Shown: positions 40,950 to 53,221 of the stretch, piece by piece
Layout: every line of letters begins with the position of its first letter
Position numbering within the stretch: position 1 is the stretch's first letter
Assembly (NCBI GenBank): GCA_951406725.2
Contig: OX597815.1
Coordinates: forward strand, 114,948,001-115,012,000
DNA from: Octopus vulgaris
Lineage: Eukaryota
Direction: 5' to 3'
DNA: 64,000 nt
Made by a program: the position numbers and the translations under genes
The notes under the pieces: model-generated
What the model was told of the DNA's origin: nothing
Seen by the model: only the letters and a program-made list of their open reading frames with translations
The model's database searches: none

Positions 40950-43200
40950 TTCTTGTCCTTGTTAAGACCAATCTATACAAACGGGCTGATATCAATTTCT
41001 GTATAGAGTCGGTCAAAGTGCGATAAATTATGCAGAACCAAAAATCAACATGATATCTATGCTTTTGTGTGGCACATAAGGGCGTTCATGACCAGTAGAA
41101 AATTTACAGCAAACGTTCCTTGGAGAAAGAAATGAACAAACTGAAATTCCAGAGAAGCATATTGAAGCTTGAAGAGTCGTTCATCCCTTTCTTGATCAGT
41201 AGCAAGCTGTTGCAGATCTATAAATGCGCGAGTGTGCAGCGCATTAAGTTGGATTGGACGCGAAAAAGTGTATCGGTCGCAGAATTGTCCGAACCTTTAG
41301 TGTGACGAATATTAATGGTATTCTACAGTATATTGAAGTGGCATATTTCACTAGGCTAGTGGCGATCAGGTTTGAATTTGAAAGCGTAAGCGAGAAACTT
41401 GAGGTCGGTGTAAATATTAAAGACAGGACCATCCAGCATGCACGGAACATATTTAATACTAAAATAGACTTCTAACAGTTCTCTCCCAAAAGTATTGAAT
41501 TTTTGTTTCAACCTGCTTGAGACACTTTGAGAAGAGAGAACGCGATGCCGAACAACATTAACGCATTGAGAGAGAACGCCGCGCACACCGCCATCCTGCG
41601 TATCGTCTAACACTGATGCGTCGAAGTTGGGATGAATAGTCAGAGAAGCTTCATCCAAGATATTCTTAATTTTAAGACAAGCAGCAGATTGTGCATCATC
41701 AAGAAGGATGAGCTGGTTCTCTAATGTTCTACCCCGGAAGATATATGCGAGGGATTGATGAAATTCTGAACAGTGAGAAATGAAGTAGTGATATAAGTTA
41801 ATCAGACCAAGAATCTCAATTTCCTCGACGAAGTTGGAGCAGGAAAATCCAAGACAGATTTGACCATTCGTTGAGAGGGTAGATTCCATATTTGTCAAGG
41901 AAAGAGTCATAGAGAAAAAATTTAGTTGGAGATTGGTGATGATACCATTACAAAAAAGGAGAGAAAACTTGCAGTAAGTGGGGACATTTTAACAACTATT
42001 TTTCAAGAAGCTCTGCTACAACAGCAATGAATTTGGCATCCACCAGAAAATCAATTTCCATCGAAGAATTAACTGGGTCGCCGGGTCTGATTGCAGAAAT
42101 CGCGACACACCTGTTGCTTGTGGTCCATATAATACCTATACTACATATATTTCAGAATCATCGTCGTCGTCGTCGTCGTCTGCTTCTTCTTCTTCCCCCC
42201 ACCCTCCTCCTATGAAGTGAAGGCCTTTCGAGTTTAGCTTGAGGTTAAGGATATAAATGTACATGCAAGTGTTTACGGTGCAGCTTCAAAACATTGAACA
42301 TAGAGAGGCTTCGCAACAACATCGTGGTGTTTTCTTACTCGGCGCTCATTCTCGCCCGGCAGGCAAGGTTTCCTGGTGGTACCACTACAGATTCGGCTAG
42401 GACGTTGGTCATTGTACGCTATTTGTTCTTTTTCACAAGTAATCTTTTTATTATTAAGGAAAATGATACAGCGACATTTGCACCTGGCACTTGCGAACCT
42501 AATCGTTTCTTTTTCACCACTGACCGATCCACTAGTGCTCGTAAAAATCGAGAGAGTTTTTTGTCACCCTGCTCTTCTGAAATAAACAATGTTGGGAACC
42601 AGGCATCTACTTATTCAGTCCTCTTCTCAGTGTTTTATAGAAGACAGTGTAAAGTGAGAACGTCAGCGGATCCCATATTACCTGTACTATCTCTGGTGGG
42701 GGGCACTGCATACAGGTGCTGTTCACAACAATATGGTTAACTAAGTACTGGACCTCTAGCGACACAGACTGCTGGACAGATGCTGTCACTGCTGATGTGC
42801 AGAAAACAACATTTTAAAATTTCGTGAACAGGATTGCTGTGTGAGTGAAACGATGGTTTATAATGCAAAACGAAAAACAGAAGATGCCTGACTTTGAATC
42901 ACCAACAAAATGTAGATGGAATATGAAAAGGTAGGAGAGCCAAGGTGGTGTAGTCTAACTTGTTGAAGGCAGAAATTACAACGTGCTCTTCCATTCAGGT
43001 TACCAGCATAAATTTTTTTGTACATCAGTTTGGTCACCATTGTAGATGTTTGGTTTACAAATATATCTGGGGTTGGTGCACTGCAGTAGCTGTTGAATGT
43101 TGTTGTGAAGAGAAGAGAATGATGTGTTTACGAAAGAATAAGAGAAGAGTCTTCTGACACAAAAATGTTAAGAAAACATAAAAAAAGCATTGCTTTATAT
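40950..43200 (-). mobile_element. decayed Ty3/gypsy LTR retrotransposon (LTR end, PBS, gag, protease, RNase H)
   Basis: Minus strand ...CTACA-A-TGGTGACC (PBS at 43039-43032), DFLVDA protease-like motif near 42050, DAS...GVLSQ, and FGRELLEVYFSIKY...IYTDLKFLAYAF RNase H in ORF 41356..41910. Confidence 0.85.
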
Positions 43201-44016
43201 AGTTTTAGAATTTTAATCACTGCCTACTATCTTTTCTACTCTTTTATGCTATAGGCACAAGAAATTGAATCACCCCAAAAGGATGAAAGGCAAAGTCAAC
43301 TTGGTGGAATTTGAACTTAGAACGTAAAGATAGACAAAATAGAATTTTGTCTGGCATGCAAATGATTCTGCCAGTTTGTGACTTATTTGTTGCCTAATAA
43401 TGCCAATATTTCTAATAACATTCAGCACTAGTTTTGGAAACAGAACTTTGTTAGACTTCTAGCTTTTCAATATGATGATTATTAATTCCATTGATCATTT
43501 CACTCATCACCATCAGTTGGATCCATATCAACACACAAAATAATTGAAATTCTAATCCATTAATTTAACTTCATTTGGGTTTGATATCATATCTTTTTCA
43601 TTTTCACAACATAACAACCATTTTTGATTTCATATATGTCCCATGGATTAAAAGCTTTCGAGATACTTCAATAACCATTCAACATTTCCATAAACCACCC
43701 CATTAAAAGACTTCTCTTATCAGAACTCTTAAACAAAATCCTCATGCAAGTTAACATTTAACCTCTTTATTACTATGTTTCTGTTAAAATTACCCTGTCT
43801 TTGTTTCAATGAATTTTGAAGAGAATTAAGAACTTAGAAAAATAACTATGTCATTATTTAGCTGGTGTATGGAGCATAAATTAACATACAGGTGGAATGT
43901 TACCAAAAGGGTTAATAATATAGCTATGTCTGTAAGCTAGATTTTGATGTTTTCATGGAGAAAGAAAAATTACATCTACATGTTAAGTTTTTTTAGTTTG
44001 TTTTACCTAATATGCC

Positions 44017-44122
44017 ATGCTAGCTATGGCAGTACATATTCTAAAATTGGAATGATGCAAAGAAGATTAGCATTGCCCCTGTACGAGGATGACAGGCAAA
44101 TTCATGAAGCATTTCATATTTT
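44017..44122 (+). pseudogene. U6: U6 snRNA processed pseudogene (near full length, mutated)
   Basis: GGCAGTACATATTCTAAAATTGGAATGATGCAAAGAAGATTAGCATTGCCCCTGTACGAGGATGACAGGCAAATTCATGAAGCATTTCATATTTT aligns end to end with U6. The ACAGAGA box is mutated to GCAAAGA. Confidence 0.92.
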
Positions 44123-45120
44123 CTCACCCTTGCTAGCTATGGAGATGACACAAAAGACTCTCAGATAATACAAAATCCAGGAAATATTGCACCTCTGCAA
44201 TGGGAGTTGGATGCAATATACAGGTGGGCTGAGGACAACAACATGCAGTTTAATGCAGGAAAATTCCAAGCCTTGTACTACCAGTACACAAAGCTGAATA
44301 ACATGCAGACAGTATACACTGGCCCAGGAGGAATTGTAATCCCTGAATCAAGATCAGTGTGTGACCTGGGCATTGACATGAGCAATGATGCATCTTTACA
44401 AGTGCATATTACCAATTTGGTAATAAAATGCAGATGGCTAGTTGGATGGATCCTCTGAACTTTCAAAACAAGAGAAAAGGAAACAATGATGGTCCTTTGG
44501 AGGACATACTTCCTCAGCCACTTGGACTACTGGTCCCAACTATGGTCACCACACAATATAAAATTAACAGTGGAACTTGAAGCAATCTAATGAAGCTACA
44601 CAAAGAAAATTGCCTTAATGCAACATATCAACTACTGGGAAAGACTGAAAGAATTAAAACTCTTCTCTCTAGAATGAAAGCAGGAAAGATATGCAATGAT
44701 ATGCATCTGGAAAATCCTGAAAGGCCTTGTATCAAACTTTGGCATTGAAAGTTACATACACAGCAGAATAGGGCACCACAGCATACTGTCAATGATCCCA
44801 GCATCTCCATCTGCAGGACGTGATACTGCAACAGCTTGTGTTTCAAAGGTCCACAGCTCTTCAATATCCTTCCATAATGCCTGAGAGACTTGCATGGGGT
44901 GGATGTAGGTGTCTTCAAAACAAAACTGGATTTTCTCCGGTCAAGGTTTCCAGATGAGCCTACCTCATGGCAGAAAACATGGATGAAGGCAGCATCATCA
45001 AATTCCCTCATTCACCAAATGCCACATATCAGAGGAAGTTTCAAATGCTGGTGTAGCACAGTCAGTGGTGGTGCCCCAGCATGACTGCAGCTTCAAAGCT
45101 GAAACAATTTAAAGATTAAA
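44123..45120 (+). mobile_element. 5'-truncated CR1/L2-group LINE fused directly to U6
   Basis: LASYGDDTK (YADD box), LDAIYRWAEDNNMQFNAGKF, CDLGI, HLDYWSQLWSP, YWERLKELKL, FKTKLDFL. The 3' end is GGTGGTGCCCCAGCATG...GCTGAAAC. Confidence 0.9.
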
Positions 45121-46643
45121 GAGATCATGAAAGCCACACAAGCTTATTATCAGCTGTGATAAGTTCTTTTCAAACATTTATTATTAAGATATATTGAAAA
45201 ACGTTTTCATTTACTCATGTACTGATCCAAGCCTCTGAACCGTGAATTTTCACTGTTTTGTTTTGCATTTGTCAGTTGTAGCTATTTTTCCTTCCTGATA
45301 TTCTTGAGAAAGTTACAACCATCACACATAATTCCCTTTCTTAAATCCAAGGAATTTCCCCACTAAAATTTTGAGTATGCAACAATGTAAATACTGAGTA
45401 TGCAAGAATTTTACTCCTGTAAATTTTGGATATACAACAATTCTCAGTACAGTTAAAAAAGTTTCACTTACATTGCTTGTAGTGACATCTCTTGCTGTAA
45501 CTGACAGATGAGGATTCAGCAATTTCTAGCCAAACAACCTGCACAGGTGATTTATTTATAATGATCATGTTTTTGCTGGACATTAACTCATTCTCTCAAT
45601 CAAATTGACATTGCCTATGCAGGTGCATGGTGTATCACATGCCAGATATTGAAAAGGTCTCAGAGCAATGTGAGATGAAGTGCTTTGCTCAAGAATACAA
45701 CACACTGCCTAGTCTGGGAATTGAAACCATGATCTCACAATTTTTTTTCTGATCCCGCTTACACTCCAATTATTATTAATGAATCTATCGCACTTTTTGG
45801 GGACCAGACTTAACAACTGTAAATCCACCTTTAATATTTAGGAGAGACACAACATTACAGCCCTGGCTAGGCACATATAGTTATTGAAGGAAAGTTCAAC
45901 AGATTACAGCAACAAGTGGAGAATCCTGGAGAAGTGCAAGCCTTATATTAAAATAATCAGAAAGTGTAGGCTATACCTAACCAAGAAAAGAATTATGTTA
46001 AAATGTTGCATCACTGAGACATCTACATAAACTGCAGGAGTGAAATTTTTTTGTTTGTGCCCACATGAATGAAGATATATGATTACTTACCTATGAGTTC
46101 CATCATGATTGTAAATGCCAGGACTTCCACTATTGGTCCTTCCACCATCACAACTTCTGATCCCAGCAATGTTTTGATCAATCCATGTACACATAAACAC
46201 ACATGTTCATACACACCCACACAAGAGGTTAAAGGTTTGGTTTTGCCCCCAACCCTGCACATACACCCTTACAAACTTATCAACCCACTGCACTTTTACT
46301 GGCATCTCAACTGGATTTTTGGGGTTAAGGGACATAACACTTGATGAATCCCTCTCTTAATTGCCTCCTGCAACTTTGTTTCATCTTTTTCACAACACCC
46401 ACAAATCGGATGTAGCACTTCCTCACCTCCAGCAACAGAGAGCAGTTGCCATTCATTCTATATCTGCTATCACTGAACACAGTAAATAGATGATCCTCCA
46501 ATCACCTAATATCAGGTGCAAAACTAATTGGTTAGATCAGCTATGATGGATCTCTAATAATGCATACTTTGATTAATATACCCACTCCTATTGACAAATA
46601 TATGAGTGTCTACTATTTCTGACTTATGGTTTCTTAGATGACA

Positions 46644-46687
<44 letters not shown>

Positions 46688-46688
<1 letters not shown>

Positions 46689-46845
46689 GGAGTGGCTGTG
46701 TGGTAAGTAGCTTGTTTACCAACCACATGGTTCTGGGTTCATTCCCACTGCGTGGCACCTTGGCCAAAAGTGTCTTCTAATATAGCCTCGGCTGACCAAA
46801 GCCTTGTGAGTGGACTTGGTAGACGGAAACTGAAAGAAGCCTGTC

Positions 46846-46896
<51 letters not shown>

Positions 46897-47840
46897 AAAT
46901 TCAGGGTGAATACTTGATAACTGTAAGCACCTGTATATGCCAGTTAGTGGTGTAGGTGATAGGGTATATTCATCAAAAGAAAAACAGGATGCAATGGATT
47001 TAGCGGTACATATGTTTATGGCTTTATTGGACAGTTTATATCAATGCATAATTGATGTAACATGTATGTCAATAGCCTTCTTCAGCCGTGCACAATTACC
47101 ACACTAAAGACATGTATTACATTATAGCAGGTTTGAGAAGAAGTTTGGGAAAGAGACGAGTTTCTTCGTTGGGAATGCAAATCCTCATAGTTGTATATAG
47201 CAAAGCGAGACACCAAAACAAAACGTCCATACCGTTTTTTCACTGGATATAGAATGAGGAGGTTGGATGTTGAGATAAAGAGGGAAGGAGTGGGAGGGGG
47301 TGAATCTTTAATGAATTTGGGATCACAAAGAGGAAAAAGTATATGTATAAATCTAAACATTATTATACAGGATAATAGTAAGTGCAAAATGTAATAAAAG
47401 AGTAAAATGGTAAAAAAAGAGTAAAAATGTAAAAGAATAAGTATATAAAGATACAAAGGATGTCGTGTGTCTGGTCTAGAGTTCTAGAGCTGTATTGTGA
47501 CAGTGTAGCCGTGAAAAATAACATGGAAATATAAATAAATAAAGATAAAGAAGCGAAAAAAAAAATATAAAGGGATAAAAATTTTTTAAAAAAGTGGACA
47601 TAAGGATAAAGTAAGGTAAGAATAAGGAGATACAGAAAAAAATATATGCCAGGTTGAGGATGAAGCTTTAGGATGTATTAGTGAGTGTCATAAATTAAAA
47701 CTTAATTATCTGGGGAGCTGTATGATAGAAGGCGGATGGTCAGTTTAAGTTGTCTGCTCCAAGTTGGTGTGTGTCTATAAACTTATCTATTTTCTCATAA
47801 AAAACGTCTGCTCCCCCCCCCCCGTGTTATTATCAATCAA

Positions 47841-47881
<41 letters not shown>

Positions 47882-49409
47882 ACATACATATACACGTCCA
47901 CGCACACACATATGCATGCATATATATATACACACGCACACATATATATACACATGTATAATAGTACCGCCACGGATATACACATATACATACATACCGC
48001 TACACACAGATACCCAAACTAAATACATATATACATACGCACACCCATACATCTGCACACATATCCATATACATACAAATACATACACACACATACATAT
48101 ATACGTGCCCGCACATATACATACTCATATACGTACATACATATATATCTCAATATACACATACATACACAAACATATAGGTACGCATATACACACATGG
48201 AAAAATGTGCATGCAGCTAGGTATAAGAACCCACGCACATACGTACCTATGCACACACACGTACATACACACATACATAAGTAAGCAAATCTCTATGCAT
48301 ATACACACATGCATATACGCATATATATCATCATCATTGTTCGACCGGGGTCGAGACAATGGAATTTACCATGTTGCGCCAGACTATGTACACTCACACA
48401 TACATCCACCCCCAAACTAAAAATATATATATATACCCACACACATAGATACACACACGGGCATGTATACATACGCATACACACACACGCATATCTATAT
48501 ATACATATAATATATATATATATATATACATATATATACCCATCCTTACACCCATATATACAGTACACATACACACACACGCATGTATATGTATACATAT
48601 ACATATGTATAAGTACATGTGTACACATATTCCATGAAACCCATACACAAGCAAACACATGCATACATCGACATGTATGCATCCATAGAGGTTCATTCAA
48701 GTTCATGTGTACACACACCTGTTTATAAATGCATACATACACCCGTCCTCACGCATGCACGAGTGCACATAAATGCATATATATAAACACACCCAGATTC
48801 AAGAACATAGACATATATACATATATCCCCATATGCACAGAAACAGGTATACCCATTCACATGTCTACACACGTGCATATGTATCCTTATGCACTCGAAC
48901 AAAGAGGTACTAGAAATGTATATACATGTATACATACACATATACATACACACACATACACATAAGTGTACAAACATACACACATATACATATACACACA
49001 CATATATATACCTATGTACACATCCATACAAACGTGTATATACACCCACCACTACACGCACACACATGGACATACTCATATGCACATATATGCCCATATA
49101 CGCATATACACGCGCGTGCACTAATGTGTGTGCACCTGCGCAGGTACATACTTCCACACAAGGGTACGTGTAACTCCTGAAATATACAGGTCTCCACACC
49201 TATGTGTCCATATATATATATATATATATATATATGTATAGGTGTGTGTGTTTATGTTTGTCCCCCCCAACATCACTTGATGTTGGTATGTTTACGTCCC
49301 CGTAACTTAGTGGTTCAGCAAAAGAGACCAATAGAATAAGTACTAGGCTTACAAAGAATAAGTCCTGGGGTCAATTTGCTCAACTAAAGGCAAGTGAAAG
49401 AGTAAAAGA

Positions 49410-49410
<1 letters not shown>
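46688..49410 (+). mobile_element. bipartite SINE whose head (46688-46848) and tail (about 49250-49410) are about 2.4 kb apart
   Basis: Consensus head and tail, with a Penelope-like segment and a long cryptic (AC/AT) tract between them. Confidence 0.7.
47840..49240. repeat. about 1.4 kb cryptic purine-pyrimidine alternating tract
   Basis: Degenerate (CA/TA/CG)n. Source of the H/T/Y/I-rich ORFs. Confidence 0.85.
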
Positions 49411-49449
<39 letters not shown>

Positions 49450-50111
49450 ATATCATCGTCCTTTAACGTCCATTTTCCAGGCTGGCATGAGTTGGATGGT
49501 TTGACCAGAGCTGGCAAACAAGAGAGCTGCACCAAGTTCCAGGTTTGATTTGGTATGGTCTCTATGGCTGGATGCGCTTCCTAACACCAACCACTTTACA
49601 GTGTGCTGGGTGATTTTTACATGGCACTGGCATGAGTGCTTTTATGTGGCACAAGCATGGGTGAGGGGTTCTACCAAATTAACTCACAAGATGTTGATCA
49701 GCTTGAGGCTATGGTAGAAGTTACTTGCTCAAGATGCCATGAGTGGGATTGAACCTGAAACTACATAGTTTCAAAGTGAACTCCTTAACCACACAGCCAT
49801 ATATGTGTCAACGTCCATCACAGTCCCTTGTCCTACAAAAATTAGCAGTTAAATATCTCTTAAATCACACCCTTAAATAAGGAAAGGACACATTAGACAA
49901 AATTCCTTTGGAATGACCACAACTAGAATACCTCTGATCATGTTTGCTTCATCTGAGTTTACTTGGGAATTAAACAATGACAACGTCTACTGTAATTCAT
50001 TGAAAAGGTAGTGGTTAATTTTATTCTGCATTTAATTGATGTACATCAAACACTTTAAAACTAGTTTTCCATACTTACTATGGGATGGAAAGTTTCGACT
50101 GAATTATTTGA

Positions 50112-50498
50112 TACAGTTTTATATTTAAGAGATGAGGAATTCTGTACATTATTTACATTTGATGGATATTTATTCTCATCTTGTTTGTTGTTAACACAGT
50201 GTTTCCGCTGATATACCCTCCAGCCTTCTTGAAGTGTTTTGGGGAAATTTCGAACCTAGGTTCTCATTCCTAAGGTATTTTTCTATGTTATTATCATTAT
50301 TATTGTTGTTGTTGTTGTTAGTGTTCAGGTCACTGCTTGGAATCGAACTCTAACAAATAACATCGAAAAATATCTTAGAAATGAGAACCCAGGTTCGAAA
50401 TTTCCCCAAGACACCTGAAGAAGGCTGGAGGGTATATCAGCTGAAACGTGTTAACAACAAACAAGATGAGGACAAATATCCGTCAAATGTAAATAATA
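50112..50498. mobile_element. fold-back Penelope-type insertion with hammerhead remnants and a 12-bp TSD
   Basis: TGAATTATTTGA at 50100-50111 and 50499-50510. Arms at about 50148-50292 and 50357-50497. GACAC-CTGAAGA(50415)-A-GGCTG..CAGCT-GAAA(50443)-C-GTGTT, with the cleavage triplet deleted in this arm. Confidence 0.8.
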
Positions 50499-50691
50499 TG
50501 AATTATTTGAGTAAGTATCTTTGTAGCTTGGCTATTCCAATACTGACCAGTCAGTTGTTGCTGTTGTTTAGTCTCTGGTAGGCTGCGATTGAGAAGGCCT
50601 ATGATGGAACATGTTACAACCTTGAATATTTTGTCTTTTATTCAAATACAGTGTATTGTGTTCTTTTTAATGTGATATGCTGTGTTTAGGG

Positions 50692-50854
50692 CAGTCATGG
50701 GCTATCTGTGGCCTATGGGCAACATGCAGTCTGCAGGACTTTCTGAAAGACATGCCTAACAAAACATTACCTGCTAATTTTAGTAAGGCACCCTATCTGA
50801 TGATGAGGTATGTCTCATGCGACCTGCTTCTTGAAAAAAGGCTGCCTATGCCTG
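50692..50854. mobile_element. hAT-type MITE
   Basis: CAGTCATGGGC...GCCTATGCCTG termini and a degenerate 8-bp TSD GTTTAGGG/TTTTAGAG. Confidence 0.55.
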
Positions 50855-51081
50855 TTTTAGAGGGAAGAGCTATTTGTAACAGGCTGAGCAACCATGTAGA
50901 AGCACCCTTGTTGGCTTGGGGCAAGTCAGTTATAGAATGAGATATGAAACAATTACAATAAGATGCATTACCTGTCTAGACAACACAATGACTGATTAAG
51001 TTTTCCTTTTTTTAAATAAAACAAAATGCTTTACAGAGAATCAGTAACAAAATCTTTTATTATTACAATTGCATAACAGAT

Positions 51082-51129
<48 letters not shown>

Positions 51130-51320
51130 GTAGCAATTATAAATTTTTCCACTTAACACAAGGCCACAAATTTAGAAGGAAGAGACATAGCTATTACTTA
51201 TTCTATTGATATCTATCTATCACTGGGACGAAAAAAGAGTATCAAAATTAAATACAACTTACCAGACTGGTGTTCTACCATTCCTTTTACTTCATTACTC
51301 TTATAGTAATAATAATAATC

Positions 51321-51367
<47 letters not shown>

Positions 51368-51382
51368 CTTAATTATAATAAT

Positions 51383-51921
51383 ACCAGGCAGTGGCTCTCA
51401 TGGCTTCTGATCTTAACTGATTGGAAGTGTTATCATATACATTGTTTTGTCTTGGTATAAAAGATGAGCTACAGCAAATATTCTGCTCAATACCACAGAT
51501 TTGCTTGTCAGTTGTTTGACTGTAACCAGTTGAGCATGTCCCTTAGTGGCTGACGATATGTGCATCTCTGATCTCAAGCAGAAGTAGAGGGGGAGCATCA
51601 TTGCTATGTGTCGAGAGGGATTCTTTGGGGTTTGAATAATTCACCCCTGGAAACATGGGTGTTTCGTTCAACATTCTTAAACCCCTATTCAGGGACCTTT
51701 TGAGTGGGATGGGTTACTCGACCAGAAGAAAATTTCTAACTGGACCCCACCTGCAAGGCCATGTGCTGTTTATCTTGATATGTGATCACCATGTCACGCA
51801 CACATGGTTGTGATGCATGTGCCTAGTGTACTCTTATCAGATGGGTAGTCATGATGGGTATACTGGGCTTCGTATATTTTACCCCTGTGTCACTTTGATG
51901 GCATGCAATGCTCTCTCACTC
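51383..51921 (+). mobile_element. retroelement-like segment inserted in (AAT)n
   Basis: About 540 bp of complex sequence bounded on both sides by (AAT)n, ending GCTCTCTCACTC-AATAATAAT. Confidence 0.5.
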
Positions 51922-53148
51922 AATAATAATAATAATAATAATAATTTCTACTATAGGCACAAAGCCTGAAATTTGCGGGGAGGGGGCCAGTCAATTAGGT
52001 CAACTCCAGTACACAATTGGTACTTAATTTATTGACCCCAAAATGATGAAAGGCAAAGTCAAGCTTGGTGGAATTTGAACTCAGAATGTAGCGATGGGCA
52101 AAATACCACTAAACATTTTGCCCAGCATGCTAATAGTTCTGCCAGCTTGCCGCCTTCATGATAATAATAATAATAATGAAAAGAACGAGTAGCATAGGTT
52201 GCAGGTAGCAAGCCCGCTACGCATGCAAGACACCAGGAGCTCCAACAAAACCTGTGATAAAGAGAATTAATAATAATAATAATAATAATAATAGTAATAA
52301 TAACAATAACAATAATCCTTTCTACTATAAACACAAGGTCTGGATTTTGTGCAGAGGGGGACAGTCAATCACATTGACCACAGTACTCAACTGGTACTTG
52401 ATTTACCGACCCCGAAAGTCATCCTTGGTGGAATTTGAACTCAGAACATAAAGACGGCCGAAATACTGCTAAGCATTTTGCTCAGCATGCTAATGATTCT
52501 GCCAGCTTTCTGCCTTATAATAATAATAATGAAAAAGAATGGATAGCATGGTACTGTAGGCTGCAGGTAGCAAGCCCGTTATGCATACAAGACTCCAGGA
52601 GCTCCAATAAAAGGTACCCTAGTCATAACACCAAACTGAACTTCTAACTTGTCTCTTCAAGTTTCCGGGTGAGACTTGGAGTCAACTTGTGCAAATACAA
52701 AGCGAAAGCCAAACATATAATTATAATAGTAGTGAATAACTTGACTGGTATTTTTCATCTTTTTTGAAGAAAACATGAACATGACAAATTACTTATTCTG
52801 ATCCCTTATACAAATTGTGGCCTTGTGAAAAGTAAAAAAAAAAAATTATTTGAACTTGGTCAACATAAACAATAATAATAATCCTTTCTAAGAAAGGCTA
52901 GAAATTTGTGGGAGAGGATAAGTTGATTTAATCCCAGTACTAGACTGGTACTTTATAGTACTGATGCCAAAAGGATGAAAGGCGAAGTTGATCTTGGTGG
53001 GATTTGTACACAATCATAATAATTGCTTTTAACACAGACACAAGGCATGAAATTTAGAGAGAAAGGTCAGTCATTTAGTCAGTTAAATTAACCCCCATTA
53101 TTTGGTTGGTACCTTATTTTATCAAGGCAAAGTTGACCTCAGGGGGAC

Positions 53149-53221
53149 TTGAACTCAGAATATCAGAAGCCAGAACAAATACCACAAGTATTTGTTCTGG
53201 CTTCTGATATTCTGAGTTCAA
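53149..53221. repeat. perfect 34-bp-arm palindrome with a 5-nt loop between two inverted SINE remnants
   Basis: TTGAACTCAGAATATCAGAAGCCAGAACAAATAC-CACAA-GTATTTGTTCTGGCTTCTGATATTCTGAGTTCAA. Confidence 0.95.

Noticed and set aside
41356-41910. 184-aa ORF as a host gene
   Set aside because: It is a decayed gypsy RT/RNase H segment with degenerate motifs.
44017-44122. Functional U6 snRNA gene
   Set aside because: The ACAGAGA box and several other positions are mutated, no recognisable promoter is present, and it is fused to a LINE.
46688-46765. tRNA-like sequences with A and B boxes (also at 3290-3363, 5297-5385, 14594-14665)
   Set aside because: They continue into SINE bodies and do not form complete cloverleaves. 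They are SINE heads, not tRNA genes.
47020-47090. CTGAAGA-containing hammerhead-like motif on the minus strand
   Set aside because: No GAAA or stem I in the right places. At best a decayed remnant.
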